A stretch of 56,921 bases of DNA, filler included, from Porpidia crustulata (Eukaryota), in NCBI GenBank assembly GCA_964255105.1. It is 3 parts of 3 records of this genome, joined end to end, with 100 filler letters (N's around TTAATTAATTAA, not from the genome) between each part and the next. Parts side by side here need not be neighbours in the genome. Positions count along the whole stretch, not along the records: positions 38,020 to 56,921 come from CAXUWE010000161.1; 2 more parts are not named here. One strand, 5' to 3'. The position numbers and the translations under genes were made by a program. The notes below the pieces were generated by a model. That model was not told the DNA's origin and did no database searches. It saw only the letters and a program-made list of their open reading frames with translations. Of the stretch, positions 56,216 to 56,921 are shown in pieces. The stretch's first letter is position 1, and the number at the start of each line of letters is the position of its first letter.

Positions 56216-56921
56216 CTTGGGGAAGGAGGATGTCAGGGCGGAAGCCGCTGGCGATACTGGAGAGACTGAGAGAGGCTCAGCGACAAGTCAATTGAAATTT
56301 CGACTTTGTGATAGTGTGAATAGACGTGAAGGGAAATTATAACCGGAATTTGAATCCGACAGGTTCAAGAAGAGAATAGATTGAGTGAAAGCGATCAGGA
56401 AATTCCTAAAGCAAGATAGAGAACCTCGGAGAAGTACTAATACCTAGCAAAGACTATGAACAACAACGAGTTCATAGATAGTGAATGAGAGTGCCGTACT
56501 GTCTATTATCCTAAACATAGTACCACAGGACAAACGCCAGAAGGTTGAGCTCATTTGCCTCAAAGTTGTTCTTTTCCAGGCTGCTGCGCTGTCCTTGAAA
56601 CCGGATAGATGGAGACACTCTCCAACGAGCTCCTTGATTCATTTCTTATAAACACGGACTTCGTGAGCTCACTTCTATCATGTCGAGAAAAAAAAAGTAG
56701 AAAGTGGGAAGCGAGAAAACTCAACCCGCATCAATCAAATCCACACAATTATTTGATCAATCATCAACGTCGCATATAACATTAAGCAGCATCTGTATGC
56801 TCTCTACCCTTACTCTTTCATAACATGCATTAGCCCTCCCATTCACCCAGGGACCGATCCCTCATCTAGCGCTGAAACCCGCCGAGAAGTCTAGACAAAA
56901 ACGTCTTCATCACTCATACAA

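Overview
Genomic DNA from an intron-rich filamentous ascomycete. A lichen-forming fungus is plausible, but that is inferred only from the PKS type. The window is three sequence blocks joined by artificial N..TTAATTAATTAA..N linkers (18915-19014, 37920-38019). Block 1 (1-18914) is a secondary-metabolite cluster: a C-methylating non-reducing PKS (SAT-KS-AT-PT-ACP-ACP-CMeT-hydrolase, running off the left edge), two different P450s, a phenolic O-methyltransferase and an AsaB/CTB9-like Fe(II)/2OG-type oxidase truncated by the gap. This enzyme set fits a 3-methylorsellinate (beta-orcinol) depside/depsidone pathway and is the most interesting part of the window. Block 2 (19015-37919) holds housekeeping genes: Ser/Thr kinase, acyl-CoA thioesterase, SERCA Ca-ATPase, 14-3-3, MFS transporter, CFEM protein and amino-acid permease. 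Block 3 (38020-56921) is gene-poor and accessory-like: an EEP nuclease pseudogene, a dehydroshikimate-dehydratase-like TIM barrel, a secreted double cupredoxin, a hemerythrin, RTA1 and two further decayed reading frames. Exon boundaries were read by eye from GT..AG and branch-point motifs. Family assignments come from motif recognition, not database searches.
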